The notes under the pieces are model-generated. The model was given only the letters and a program-made list of their open reading frames with translations. It was not told the DNA's origin and did no database searches. A DNA stretch of 64,000 bases, from contig CBDDPY010000002.1 in NCBI GenBank assembly GCA_965232515.1, positions 4,512,001-4,576,000 of the forward strand, given 5' to 3'. A program made the position numbers and the translations under genes. Of the stretch, positions 28,623-39,415 are shown in pieces. The DNA comes from Alphaproteobacteria bacterium. GTDB lineage: Bacteria; Pseudomonadota; Alphaproteobacteria; GCA-2731375. Positions within the stretch are counted from its first letter, which is position 1. Each line of letters begins with the position of its first letter.

Positions 28623-29870
28623 TCAGACCTCGTTGGTGTGTGAAGGCAGGCCGAATATCTCCTGCGGCTCGGATACGCCACGCAAGGCGTGGAAGCCCAG
28701 GCTGACCAGTTCGGTGCCGCACTGCGCCTCGGCGAATGCCGCGGAAGCGAGTAGCGGCCGCTGCATCACCTTGCACAGCGCCTCGACGCGGCTGGCCTCG
28801 TTCACGGCCGGGCCGATCACGGTGAAGTCCAGCCTGTCGCGTGCGCCGACATTGCCGTATTGCACGTTGCCGAGGTGAAGTCCGATGCCGACGCGGATCT
28901 CGGGTTGTCCGGCCTCGAGCCGACGGGCGTTCATTTTCGACAGGCCCTCCAGCCCCTCGATCGCGGCGACAAGCGCCTTGCAACAGGCATCGCGCGGATC
29001 GGATTCGGCATCGAAGATGGCCAGCATGCCATCGCCGATGAACTTCAACACCTCGCCGAAGCGATCTTCAATCGGCTGGGCCATGGTTTCGAAATAATCG
29101 TCGAGCGCGCTGATCACCACGTCGGGTGGATGCCGGTCAGCCAGCCGCGTGAAGCCCCGGATGTCGCTGACGAAGACGGCGGCGCGAATGTCCTCGACCT
29201 GTTTCCGGCGCACCGAGCCGGCCAGCACCCGGCGGGCCGGCTCGCGGCCGAGATAGGTGTTGAGCAGCGTCCGCGTCGCTTCGTAGGAAACCTCCAGCTC
29301 GACCCTGAGCGAGATCAGCGGCAGCAGGTCGTAAAGCAGCGTCAGTTGCGGCGTGGTGAAACCACCCGGCAGATCGGTGGTCCAGGAGATGAAATTGATC
29401 TGCCCGTTGGACATCTGAATCGGCATGATCACGTAATCGGTGCAGCCGATCTCGATCAGCTCGTCGATGATCGGGAAGTCGCGCACGACATTGTCGCCTT
29501 CGAGCTTGCGACGGATCGCGCCGGCCCCGTCGTGGATCAGCTTCACCGGGCTTTTTTCATACATTTCCGAGTTGCGAATGTCGTAGCTCCGGTCGATCTG
29601 CACGACGCCGTCTTCACCCCGTTTCCAGAGCACGGCCTTGGCATAGAGTTCCGGATGCATCGAGCGGATGCCGATCGTCACCCGGTAGACGGCAACATCC
29701 TGCTCGACGAGCCGCAGGCAGAGCTGCTTCAAGAATTCGCCAAGCTCGATGGAGTCTCCGCCATGCTCGACCAGCCAGCTGGCTACCGGATTGGTCGACC
29801 AGCTCGGATGATAGGCCGACAGCTCCGCTGATTCGGTCTCCTCGGTGTGGGTTTCCTGCGATAGCGTCAT
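28623..29870 (-). CDS. Class III adenylate/guanylate cyclase with GAF-like N-terminal domain
   Basis: SDIRGFT, LKFIGDG, GLHLG, DFTVIGPAVNEASR. Confidence 0.92.
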   Translation of the reverse strand: MTLSQETHTEETESAELSAYHPSWSTNPVASWLVEHGGDSIELGEFLKQLCLRLVEQDVAVYRVTIGIRSMHPELYAKAVLWKRGEDGVVQIDRSYDIRNSEMYEKSPVKLIHDGAGAIRRKLEGDNVVRDFPIIDELIEIGCTDYVIMPIQMSNGQINFISWTTDLPGGFTTPQLTLLYDLLPLISLRVELEVSYEATRTLLNTYLGREPARRVLAGSVRRKQVEDIRAAVFVSDIRGFTRLADRHPPDVVISALDDYFETMAQPIEDRFGEVLKFIGDGMLAIFDAESDPRDACCKALVAAIEGLEGLSKMNARRLEAGQPEIRVGIGLHLGNVQYGNVGARDRLDFTVIGPAVNEASRVEALCKVMQRPLLASAAFAEAQCGTELVSLGFHALRGVSEPQEIFGLPSHTNEV

Positions 29871-30012
29871 GGTTCAGATCCACGCAAAGGCGCCCGTGCG
29901 TGAGCCTCGGCAGTCGTTGCCGGCACGGGGCAAAAGCTTGATATTGTTCGATCAGTCATACACATATAAGCACAATACGACTGCAATAACAGACGCATAG
30001 CGGGGCTGCCCC

Positions 30013-30567
30013 ATGTTCATTCAGACCGAGGCCACACCGAATCCAGCGACGTTGAAGTTCCTGCCCGGACTCGAGGTTCTGGCCAGAGGCACCGCCGATT
30101 TCCCCGACGTGGAGAGCGCCGACCGGTCGCCGCTGGCGCGCCGGCTGTTCGAGATCGACGGCGTGTCCCGGGTCTTTCTGGGCGCCGATTTCATCACGGT
30201 AACCAAGATCGATGGCGAATGGCACCATCTGAAGCCGGCCATCCTGGGCGCCATCATGGAGCATTTCACCGCCGGTCTGCCTGTCATCGAGGAAGACCAG
30301 GCAATGTCGGCGCATGGCGCCAGCGTCGCCGAGGCCGACCGGGAGGTCGTCGATCAGATCGTTGAACTGCTCGACACGCGGGTGCGGCCGGCGGTCGCCA
30401 TGGACGGCGGCGATATTGTCTTCCAAGGCTTCGAAGAAGGTGTCGTCTATCTGCACATGCAGGGCGCCTGCGCCGGTTGTCCGAGTTCTACGGCGACCTT
30501 GAAGCACGGCATCGAGAACATGCTCCGCCATTACATTCCCGAGGTCGTCGAAGTCCGACAGGCCTGA
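30013..30567 (+). CDS. nfuA: NifU/NfuA-family Fe-S carrier
   Basis: MFIQTEATPNPATLKF, RPAVAMDGGD, GACAGCPSS. Confidence 0.93.
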   Translation: MFIQTEATPNPATLKFLPGLEVLARGTADFPDVESADRSPLARRLFEIDGVSRVFLGADFITVTKIDGEWHHLKPAILGAIMEHFTAGLPVIEEDQAMSAHGASVAEADREVVDQIVELLDTRVRPAVAMDGGDIVFQGFEEGVVYLHMQGACAGCPSSTATLKHGIENMLRHYIPEVVEVRQA

Positions 30568-30662
30568 GCCCGATCCAGCCTAAATTTGTCGCTTGACGAA
30601 CGCGGCGGCGGTCTGCCAGATCGCTGCATCCGCGGCGTGTCGCCGGCTCGATCTGGACAGGA

Positions 30663-31694
30663 ATGACAATAACAATTGCCCTATCGGCGTCGCCGCCTAA
30701 TGGACGTTTGCCCCGGCTAACCGTCCGGAACGCACGTTTCGCTCCAGCTTTGTTTCTGACTTGCGCGCTGCTTGGCGGCGCCGTTCCGGCGGCGGCCACC
30801 GAGGTCTTCGGATCGGCGCCGATTGGCGGCGGCGCGAGGTTTGCGGAACCGGCCGCGGTCACGACCGGCTGGCCGGCGGGTTTGATCGACGCCGATGGCC
30901 TGCGGCGAAAGTTCGATCGCCTGCAATACGATCTGGATCAGGTGCGCCAGGGCAATCTGAATGTGCCGCGCATCTTTGTGTCGGTTCTGCCCGGTGACCT
31001 GAAGGCGCTTCGGTCCACCGCCACGCGCAAGCGACTGTTCATCCAGATGATCCTGCCATTGATATTACGGGCGAACGAGCGGGTGCTGGCCGATCGTCAA
31101 CGCCTGCTCTCGATCGACCGCCAGGTCGCGCGCGGTTATCCGGTTCTGGCATCGGACCGGATGTTTCTGATCAGTCTGGCCAAGACCTACGGGCTCGAAA
31201 AGCCGGATCTGGCGGAGCTCAAGCGACGCGTCGATTTCGTGCCGCCGTCGTTGGCGTTGGCGCAGGCTGCCGAGGAGTCCGGCTGGGGCACGTCGCGATT
31301 CGCCATCCGCGGCAACGCGGTGTTCGGCCAGCATACGTTTACGCGGGGCGCCGGCATGGTGCCGCGGCGGCGCGACGCCGGAAAGCGGCATGAAGTAAGG
31401 ACATTCAACGGCCTCTACCATTCGGTGGCGTCCTATCTGCGGAACCTGAACACCCACCCCGCCTATGAAGATTTTCGGGCGCTGCGGGCCGGCAAGCGGG
31501 CGTTGGGGCATGATTTGAATGGCTATACGCTGGCGGCCGCGCTGCAGCGGTATTCCGAGCGCGGTTCGGATTACATCCGCAGCATCCGCGATATCATGCG
31601 CGTCAACCAGATGTGGAACTTCGACCACGTCCGGCTGATCCCTGCGGAGCCGGATCCGCACACATCGACATCACCGCTCGAGATCGATTCCTAG
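30663..31694 (+). CDS. Bax-like glucosaminidase (GH73) domain protein
   Basis: PPSLALAQAAEESGWGTSRFA, NLNTHPAY, YSERG; signal/TM segment. Confidence 0.88.
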   Translation: MTITIALSASPPNGRLPRLTVRNARFAPALFLTCALLGGAVPAAATEVFGSAPIGGGARFAEPAAVTTGWPAGLIDADGLRRKFDRLQYDLDQVRQGNLNVPRIFVSVLPGDLKALRSTATRKRLFIQMILPLILRANERVLADRQRLLSIDRQVARGYPVLASDRMFLISLAKTYGLEKPDLAELKRRVDFVPPSLALAQAAEESGWGTSRFAIRGNAVFGQHTFTRGAGMVPRRRDAGKRHEVRTFNGLYHSVASYLRNLNTHPAYEDFRALRAGKRALGHDLNGYTLAAALQRYSERGSDYIRSIRDIMRVNQMWNFDHVRLIPAEPDPHTSTSPLEIDS

Positions 31695-31748
31695 GCCGGC
31701 AGCAACAGAACCGCCGGCGCCGAGGGCCCGCGGCATTTGAGCTGAACG

Positions 31749-32816
31749 TCAGGCTTTCGGGATAAAGAACTGAACGCCGAACCAACGCCAACGGCCGTCG
31801 CCTGCGGGTAACGTGCAGTTGATCCGGCCGCGCCCCGGTTCAAAGGCCTCGTCAATCCGCACCTCGATCCGATTCGGTCCCAGTCGCTCCAACCGCGCCG
31901 CGCCGGACTGATTCGAGGCATAGCAATTGAGCCGGTCCAGTCGCTTGATGCGCTGGTCGACGGTGAAGCCGAAGGCCGGCGGGTTCTGCTCCCGCAGTAC
32001 CGTGTCCGCCGGTGTCACGTCGCTCACCGGCAGCGGCAGGGCGTTGGCGGCCAACCGGAAGCGGTCCAACGACCCGAAGCGTTCGTTCAGCGCGAAACGC
32101 GGCAGGTTGTAGAGATCGGTATCGGCATGTTGTACGCCGGAATGCTGACCGAACGCGGCAACGAAACCGGCGCCGCGAACCAGTTGCTGGTGCTCCAGGC
32201 CGGATTCGCCGTAAGGATAGGCGAACAGCGTCGGCGTAAAGCCCAGTTCCTCGCGGAACCGCTGGTTCGACCGGTCGATCTCGGCCTGGTTCTGCGCCTG
32301 GCTCAGCGCCGGCATGTGCGGGTGGCTGGCGGTCTGACTGCCGATCGTGACGCCGGCCGTCGCCAGCTCCCGGATCTGATCCCAGGTCATGATGTTCGCC
32401 AGGCGCCGGTCGACGGCGTCGGTGGCGACGAACAGCGTGAACGGCAGCCCCGCCTGGCGCAGCCGTGGCCAAGCCTCCTCATAAACGCTGGAATAGGCAT
32501 CGTCGATGGTGATCGCAATCGTGCGGTCTGGCAGCGGCTCGCGCTTGCGGAAGGCGGCGATGATCTCGGGCAGCGGCCGGACGTTATAGCCGCCGGACTG
32601 AATTTCCGAGATATGGGCGTCGAACTGCTCGAGCGTGATATTTGTGGATGGGAAGCGTCCGTCGCCGAAGCGGTGATACATGAACACGACGGCGTGGGTG
32701 TCGGCGGAAACCGGCTGCGGGATGGCGGTCGTTGACAGCGCGGCGAACAGCGCCGTCGCGGCGGCGATCCAAGCGTGGCTCCGCCATCGGCGTCGTTGGT
32801 TGGCGTTCGAATTCAT
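31749..32816 (-). CDS. Polysaccharide deacetylase family protein (exported)
   Basis: MYHRF, ITIDDAY, GSQTASHPHM, FAYPYG, LPRF; N-terminal signal peptide. Confidence 0.88.
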   Translation of the reverse strand: MNSNANQRRRWRSHAWIAAATALFAALSTTAIPQPVSADTHAVVFMYHRFGDGRFPSTNITLEQFDAHISEIQSGGYNVRPLPEIIAAFRKREPLPDRTIAITIDDAYSSVYEEAWPRLRQAGLPFTLFVATDAVDRRLANIMTWDQIRELATAGVTIGSQTASHPHMPALSQAQNQAEIDRSNQRFREELGFTPTLFAYPYGESGLEHQQLVRGAGFVAAFGQHSGVQHADTDLYNLPRFALNERFGSLDRFRLAANALPLPVSDVTPADTVLREQNPPAFGFTVDQRIKRLDRLNCYASNQSGAARLERLGPNRIEVRIDEAFEPGRGRINCTLPAGDGRWRWFGVQFFIPKA

Positions 32817-32968
32817 CTTGGCGGCCCCATGTCTGTGAATCGACCATCGCCAGGTTGTTGCGCGGCCCGGAGTACGCGGTTTTGATACCCACTTGCCGGC
32901 CGCACCATTTGCGAAATAGATAGATTCATTTGGTAAACCGTCCGTTTGCAACCGAAAGGGGATTGCCG

Positions 32969-33562
32969 GTGAGTCATATCCTAAGCGACAGGGACTTGGA
33001 CCTGATATTCCGGAACGCGCGGACGCATTCCGCGTGGCTCGACAAGCCGGTCTCCGACGTGACCTTGCAGGCGATGTACGATCTCATGCGCATGGGCCCC
33101 ACCAGCGCCAATTGCAGTCCCGCGCGTTGGCTGTTTCTGCGGACCGACGAATCGAAGGAAAAGCTAAAGCCCCACCTCATTCCCGGCAATGTCGATAAGA
33201 CCATGGCGGCGCCGGTGACCGCGATCCTCGGCTACAACATCCGATTCTACGAGCAACTGGCCCAACTGTTTCCGCACGACCTGTCGGCCCGTTCCTGGTT
33301 CGAAGGCAAGGACGAGCTGATCGAGGCGACGGCTTTTCGCAACAGCTCGCTGCAGGGGGCTTACATGATCATCGCCGCCCGGGCGCTGGGGCTCGACTGC
33401 GGTCCGATGTCTGGTTTCGACAATGCCGGCGTCGATGCGGCGTTCTTCCCCGACGGCGATGTTAAGTCGAACTTCATCTGCAATATCGGCTATGGCGATC
33501 CGGCGGCGCTGCCGCCGCGCAATCCCCGGCTCGACTTCACCGACGCCTGCCAGGTGCTTTAA
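32969..33562 (+). CDS. rutE: RutE-like nitroreductase (malonic semialdehyde reductase family)
   Basis: [35 protein letters not shown]. Confidence 0.85.
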   Translation: MSHILSDRDLDLIFRNARTHSAWLDKPVSDVTLQAMYDLMRMGPTSANCSPARWLFLRTDESKEKLKPHLIPGNVDKTMAAPVTAILGYNIRFYEQLAQLFPHDLSARSWFEGKDELIEATAFRNSSLQGAYMIIAARALGLDCGPMSGFDNAGVDAAFFPDGDVKSNFICNIGYGDPAALPPRNPRLDFTDACQVL

Positions 33563-33579
33563 CCGGCGGTCCGGCCGCC

Positions 33580-34239
33580 ATGCGCGTGCTGGCCTTCGAT
33601 ACCGCGCTTGCGGCCTGTTCCGCCGCGGTTCTGGAAGACGACCGGCTGTTGGCCCAGCAGCATGCCGCGATGTCGCGGGGGCAGGCCGAGCGGTTGCTGC
33701 CGATGATCGAGGCCGTGCGCGACGAGGCCGGCCTCGCCTTGGCGGATATCGATCTGATCTGCGTGACCGTCGGACCGGGAACCTTCACCGGCGTCCGGAT
33801 CGGTATCGCCGCGGCCCGGGGCCTTGCGTTGGCGAACGGCGCGCCGGTACTGGGGCAGACCACGTGCGAGGCCATCGCGGGTAACGTCGCGACCTTTGGC
33901 CAGGATCCCATTCTGGTGGCCATGGACGCCCGCCGAGGCGAGGTTTATCTCCAGGCGTTCGGGCCTGGACCCGAAGCGCTCGGACCCCCGGTGTTGCGGC
34001 CGCGGGACGATATCGCCGACATGGCGCCGCCGGCCGGCGGTCTGGTCGTGGGCAGCGCCGCCGAGCAGGTGCTGCCGGCACTGCCGGGGGCACGGCTGGC
34101 GGATGCGTCGCCGTTGCCGTCGGCGGCATGCTTTGGCCGGTTTGCCGCGCGCCGGTTCGCCGCGGCCCGGCCCGGCCCGGAACTGGCGCCACTCTATCTG
34201 CGCGCGCCCGACGCGCGTCTGCCGGGCGCCGACGCATGA
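33580..34239 (+). CDS. tsaB: tRNA threonylcarbamoyladenosine biosynthesis protein TsaB
   Basis: LAFDTA, GPGTFTGVRIG, DARRGEVY, PLYLR. Confidence 0.93.
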   Translation: MRVLAFDTALAACSAAVLEDDRLLAQQHAAMSRGQAERLLPMIEAVRDEAGLALADIDLICVTVGPGTFTGVRIGIAAARGLALANGAPVLGQTTCEAIAGNVATFGQDPILVAMDARRGEVYLQAFGPGPEALGPPVLRPRDDIADMAPPAGGLVVGSAAEQVLPALPGARLADASPLPSAACFGRFAARRFAAARPGPELAPLYLRAPDARLPGADA

Positions 34240-34706
34240 CCACGGCTTGCGCGGTCGTCCCGGCGCGGCCCGACGAGATCGCGGCTCTGGCGCGCCTCCA
34301 TGCGGCCTGCTTCGCGCAGCCGTGGGGGGCTGAAGCGCTGGCGCGGCTGCTGGCGACGCCCGGCGCCTTCGCGCTGATCGGACGGTGCGGCGACGACGCG
34401 CCGGTCTGTGCCGGTTTTGCGTTAGCGCGCACGGCGGCGGGCGAAAGCGAGATCCTGACGATCGGCGTCCTGCCGGGCTACCGGCGTCGGGGTCTGGCGC
34501 GCGAACTTATCACTGCGGTTGCCGCCAGGGCCTTCGCCGATGGCGCCGAGGCGCTGTTTCTGGAAGTCGACCGACAAAACCAGGCCGCCGCCGCGTTGTA
34601 TCGAAGCGTCGGATTTGCCGAGGTGGCCAAGCGTCCCGGATATTACCGCCAGGCTGATGGACGGCATCGCGACGCGCTGGTCATGCGCCTGTCCCTGACC
34701 GGTTAG
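34236..34706 (+). CDS. rimI: RimI-like N-acetyltransferase
   Basis: EILTIGV, RRRGLA, LFLEV, N.AA.ALY, RPGYY; ATGA overlap with tsaB. Confidence 0.88.
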   Translation: MTTACAVVPARPDEIAALARLHAACFAQPWGAEALARLLATPGAFALIGRCGDDAPVCAGFALARTAAGESEILTIGVLPGYRRRGLARELITAVAARAFADGAEALFLEVDRQNQAAAALYRSVGFAEVAKRPGYYRQADGRHRDALVMRLSLTG

Positions 34707-34727
34707 CCCGCCAATTCGGCCCGGATT

Positions 34728-34973
34728 CTAGCGCTTTTTCAACCGCAGGATATATGGGCCATCCTCGCCGGCACCCGTTTCCGGTGCGAGGCTCAAAATC
34801 TCGTGTCCGTGATCGCGAACCGATCGTGGAACATTCTGTAGTGGCTCGCCGGCATTCAGTCGTACTTCGGCCGTTTCACCGACCGCCATGCGCTCGATAA
34901 GCAACTTTGTGCGCACGAATGTCATCGGACAGACTTGGTCCGTGATGTCGAGAACATGATCTGCACACGTCAT
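34728..34973 (-). CDS. tusA: TusA-family sulfur carrier
   Basis: LDITDQVCPMTFVRTKL, GEPLQNVP; 81 aa. Confidence 0.82.
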   Translation of the reverse strand: MTCADHVLDITDQVCPMTFVRTKLLIERMAVGETAEVRLNAGEPLQNVPRSVRDHGHEILSLAPETGAGEDGPYILRLKKR

Positions 34974-35089
34974 TCTAGTGTCTGCGTACGTTAACTGCAC
35001 CGCGAATATTTTGGGATTGCTAAACTTTATTTTCGGGAATATACCACCATCGAGGGCGGGACCTCTAGGTACTGGGAGGATTTTAAAGA

Positions 35090-35509
35090 ATGAGTGAGCA
35101 GAAAGGCGACACAAGTGAATTGTTGCAGCTTACTGCCGACATCGTAGCCTCACACGTTTCGAATAACGCAGTTCAAATCTCCGATTTGCCTCAACTGATT
35201 CAGAGTGTTTTTGGATCGCTAAGCGGTCTTGGTCAGGCGGAAGTGCAAACCAGCCAAGAACGTCCGCAACCCGTTGTTTCAATTCGCAAGTCGGTTACGC
35301 CAGACTATATTATATGTCTTGAAGACGGTAAGAAGCTCAAGATGCTTAAGCGGCACCTGAAGACGGCATATGACATGTCGCCGGAGCAATACCGGGAACG
35401 TTGGGGATTGCCGCCCGACTATCCTATGGTGGCGCCGAACTATGCCGCGCAGCGTCGCGAGTTGGCGAAAAAGATCGGGCTTGGCACGACCCGGCGACGG
35501 CGTCGGTAG
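35090..35509 (+). CDS. mucR: MucR/Ros transcriptional silencer
   Basis: TADIVASHVSNN, IICLEDGKKLKMLKRHL, YPMVAPNY; GGAGG RBS; AT-rich upstream region. Confidence 0.97.
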   Translation: MSEQKGDTSELLQLTADIVASHVSNNAVQISDLPQLIQSVFGSLSGLGQAEVQTSQERPQPVVSIRKSVTPDYIICLEDGKKLKMLKRHLKTAYDMSPEQYRERWGLPPDYPMVAPNYAAQRRELAKKIGLGTTRRRRR

Positions 35510-35557
35510 GGGACGGCCACGGCAGGGCTGGGCACCCGCCGTGGCTCGGCCAGGTCA

Positions 35558-36007
35558 TTGAGGGGAATGATGCCGGACAGGTTGGAGCGTCTTTGTATCG
35601 AAAAAGGCTTGCGAATGACGGGACAGCGACGGGTTGTCGCGCGCGTGCTTTCCGTGGCAGAGGATCATCCGGACGTCGAGGAAGTCTACCGCCGATCGGC
35701 GGACATTGATCCGAACATAAGTATCGCCACGGTGTACCGCACCGTCCGCCTGTTCGAGGAAGCCGGTATTATCGAGCGGCACGACTTTGGAGATGGTCGG
35801 GCGCGCTACGAAGAAGCGCCGGAGGAGCATCACGACCATCTGATCGATACCACGTCGGGCCAGGTCATCGAGTTCCATAACGCCGAGATCGAACGCCTGC
35901 AGGAGATTGTCGCGCGCGAGCACGGCTTTGAACTGATCGGGCATCGGCTGGAGCTTTATGGCGTGCCGCTGAACCGGAAGGCTAAGAAAAAACGCGGCGG
36001 CGGGTAA
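35558..36007 (+). CDS. fur: Fur/Mur-family transcriptional regulator
   Basis: GLRMTGQRR, HPDVEE, SIATVYRT, HHDHLID. Confidence 0.93.
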   Translation: MRGMMPDRLERLCIEKGLRMTGQRRVVARVLSVAEDHPDVEEVYRRSADIDPNISIATVYRTVRLFEEAGIIERHDFGDGRARYEEAPEEHHDHLIDTTSGQVIEFHNAEIERLQEIVAREHGFELIGHRLELYGVPLNRKAKKKRGGG

Positions 36008-36042
36008 CCCGCCGACCGCGAACCGTCCCTGCCCGCGAAAAC

Positions 36043-36861
36043 ATGGACGGCCGTCGGGACTCAATGCGCCACGTCGTCGCCGGAGCGAAGCTGTTCGTCT
36101 TCATCGCCAGCACGCTGCCGATGATGGCGGTGCAGTGGTCGATCCTGAAGCTGCGCCCAGGAGCCGCCGGCTGGCTGCCGCCACGCGCACATCGCATCTA
36201 TTGCCGGCTGCTTGGCATCGAGGTGCGGAAGTTCGGTGAGATCGCGGCCGAACGGCCGGTGCTGTTCGTCGCCAACCATGCGTCTTGGATCGACATCCTG
36301 GCGCTGTCCACCCTGATGCCGGTTTCGTTCGTCGCCAAGAGCGAGGTCGCGAGTTGGCCCTTGTTCGGCCAGCTCGCGCGGTTGCAACGCACGATTTTCG
36401 TCGAACGGCGTGCCGTTCGCAGCGCCGACGCGCGGGACGACTTGCACGCGCGGTTGCGCGATGGCGACAGCCTGGTGCTGTTTCCGGAAGGCACCAGCAG
36501 CGACGGTAATCGCGTCCTGCCGTTCAAAAGCGCCTTCCTGGCGGTCGCCGAGACCGAGATCGACGGTCGGCCGGTCACGGTTCAGCCGGTCACCATCGCC
36601 TATACCCGGTTGCACGGCATGCCGGTCGGACGACGGTTCCGACACTACTATGCCTGGTATGGCGATATGGATATGTTCCCGCATCTCTGGCGGGCGCTGT
36701 CGCTCGGCCGGTCCGTCGTCGAAATCGAGTTTCACACTCCTTTAACCATAGAGGCGTTCGATAACCGCAAGCAGCTTGCGGCGGTCTGCCAGCAGGTCGT
36801 CGCCGAGGGCCTGTCCCACGCCCTGACCGGGCGGCGGGACGCCGCGCGGCGGATCGCTTGA
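36043..36861 (+). CDS. plsC: Lysophospholipid acyltransferase (PlsC/OlsA family)
   Basis: NHASWID, FVAKSEV, LFPEGT. Confidence 0.85.
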   Translation: MDGRRDSMRHVVAGAKLFVFIASTLPMMAVQWSILKLRPGAAGWLPPRAHRIYCRLLGIEVRKFGEIAAERPVLFVANHASWIDILALSTLMPVSFVAKSEVASWPLFGQLARLQRTIFVERRAVRSADARDDLHARLRDGDSLVLFPEGTSSDGNRVLPFKSAFLAVAETEIDGRPVTVQPVTIAYTRLHGMPVGRRFRHYYAWYGDMDMFPHLWRALSLGRSVVEIEFHTPLTIEAFDNRKQLAAVCQQVVAEGLSHALTGRRDAARRIA

Positions 36862-36943
36862 CTCGGTTGCCGCTCTTGCTTAGGTGGTGAATGTTCGTAA
36901 GGCTTACGGAAACCCGAAAAGTGTTATTATCAGGGCCAATTAG

Positions 36944-38356
<1,413 letters not shown>

Positions 38357-38395
38357 GCCGGCGACCGGGATGATCCGCCAGCAGATGGCAAGACA

Positions 38396-39415
38396 TTGAC
38401 GACAACCTCTCCCAGCATGGAGCAGACGCCGCTGGTCATCGATTTCGATGACAACAGCCTGCTGCCGCCGTTGTTCGGTGAGCACGACCGGCATCTGGCG
38501 CGGATCGAGCAGGTGATGGGCGTATCGCTGGTGCCGCGCGGCAACCGCCTGGCGATTATCGGCGAACCGATCGCCATGCGCGCGGCCAAGGCGGCGATCG
38601 ACGATCTGTATCAGCGGCTGAAGCAGGGTCTCGACGTCGGCAACGGCGAGGTCGACGGCGCTATCCGCATGGCCGAGGCGCTCGGTCCCGAGGTCGACGC
38701 CCGGGACGCTAAGCGGCGCTCGACCAGCGCCGACGATACCATCGTGAATACGCAAAAGCGCGTGATCACGCCGCGCTCGCCGACCCAGGCCGCGTATGTG
38801 CGGGCGCTGCGCGACAGCGAGATGGTGTTCGGCCTCGGTCCCGCGGGCACCGGAAAGACCTATCTCGCCGTCAGCGTCGCCGTCGAGATGCTTTTGAAAG
38901 ACCAGGTCGACCGGGTCATCCTGACCCGTCCGGCCGTCGAGGCGGGCGAGCGGCTCGGCTTCCTGCCGGGCGGCATGGACGATAAGATCGATCCCTACAT
39001 GCGGCCGATGTACGACGCGCTCTACGACATGATGCCGGGCGAAAAGGTCATCCGGCGCCGCGATGCCGGCGATATCGAGATCGCGCCGCTCGCCTATATG
39101 CGCGGCCGCACGCTGGCGAACGCCTTCGTCATCCTCGACGAGGCGCAGAACACCACGCCGATGCAGATGAAGATGTTCCTGACCCGCATGGGCGAGAATT
39201 CGCGCATGGTGGTGACCGGCGACGCCAGTCAGGTGGATCTGCCCCTGGGCACGAAATCGGGCCTGATCGACGCCATGGAGATCATTCGCGGCATCCAGGC
39301 GGTGAAGGTGATCGAGTTCTCGCATGAGGATGTCGTGCGTCATCCGCTGGTAACGCGTATCGTTCAAGCCTATGAGGGCCGCGAGCACGGACTGCTCCGC
39401 GACAAGGCGACATGA
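38396..39415 (+). CDS. phoH: PhoH family ATPase (YbeZ)
   Basis: [35 protein letters not shown]. Confidence 0.96.
   Translation: MTTTSPSMEQTPLVIDFDDNSLLPPLFGEHDRHLARIEQVMGVSLVPRGNRLAIIGEPIAMRAAKAAIDDLYQRLKQGLDVGNGEVDGAIRMAEALGPEVDARDAKRRSTSADDTIVNTQKRVITPRSPTQAAYVRALRDSEMVFGLGPAGTGKTYLAVSVAVEMLLKDQVDRVILTRPAVEAGERLGFLPGGMDDKIDPYMRPMYDALYDMMPGEKVIRRRDAGDIEIAPLAYMRGRTLANAFVILDEAQNTTPMQMKMFLTRMGENSRMVVTGDASQVDLPLGTKSGLIDAMEIIRGIQAVKVIEFSHEDVVRHPLVTRIVQAYEGREHGLLRDKAT

Noticed and set aside
29937-29968. Possible RpoH-type promoter for nfuA (CTTGAT...CACATATA)
   Set aside because: Spacing and -10 match are too weak to call.
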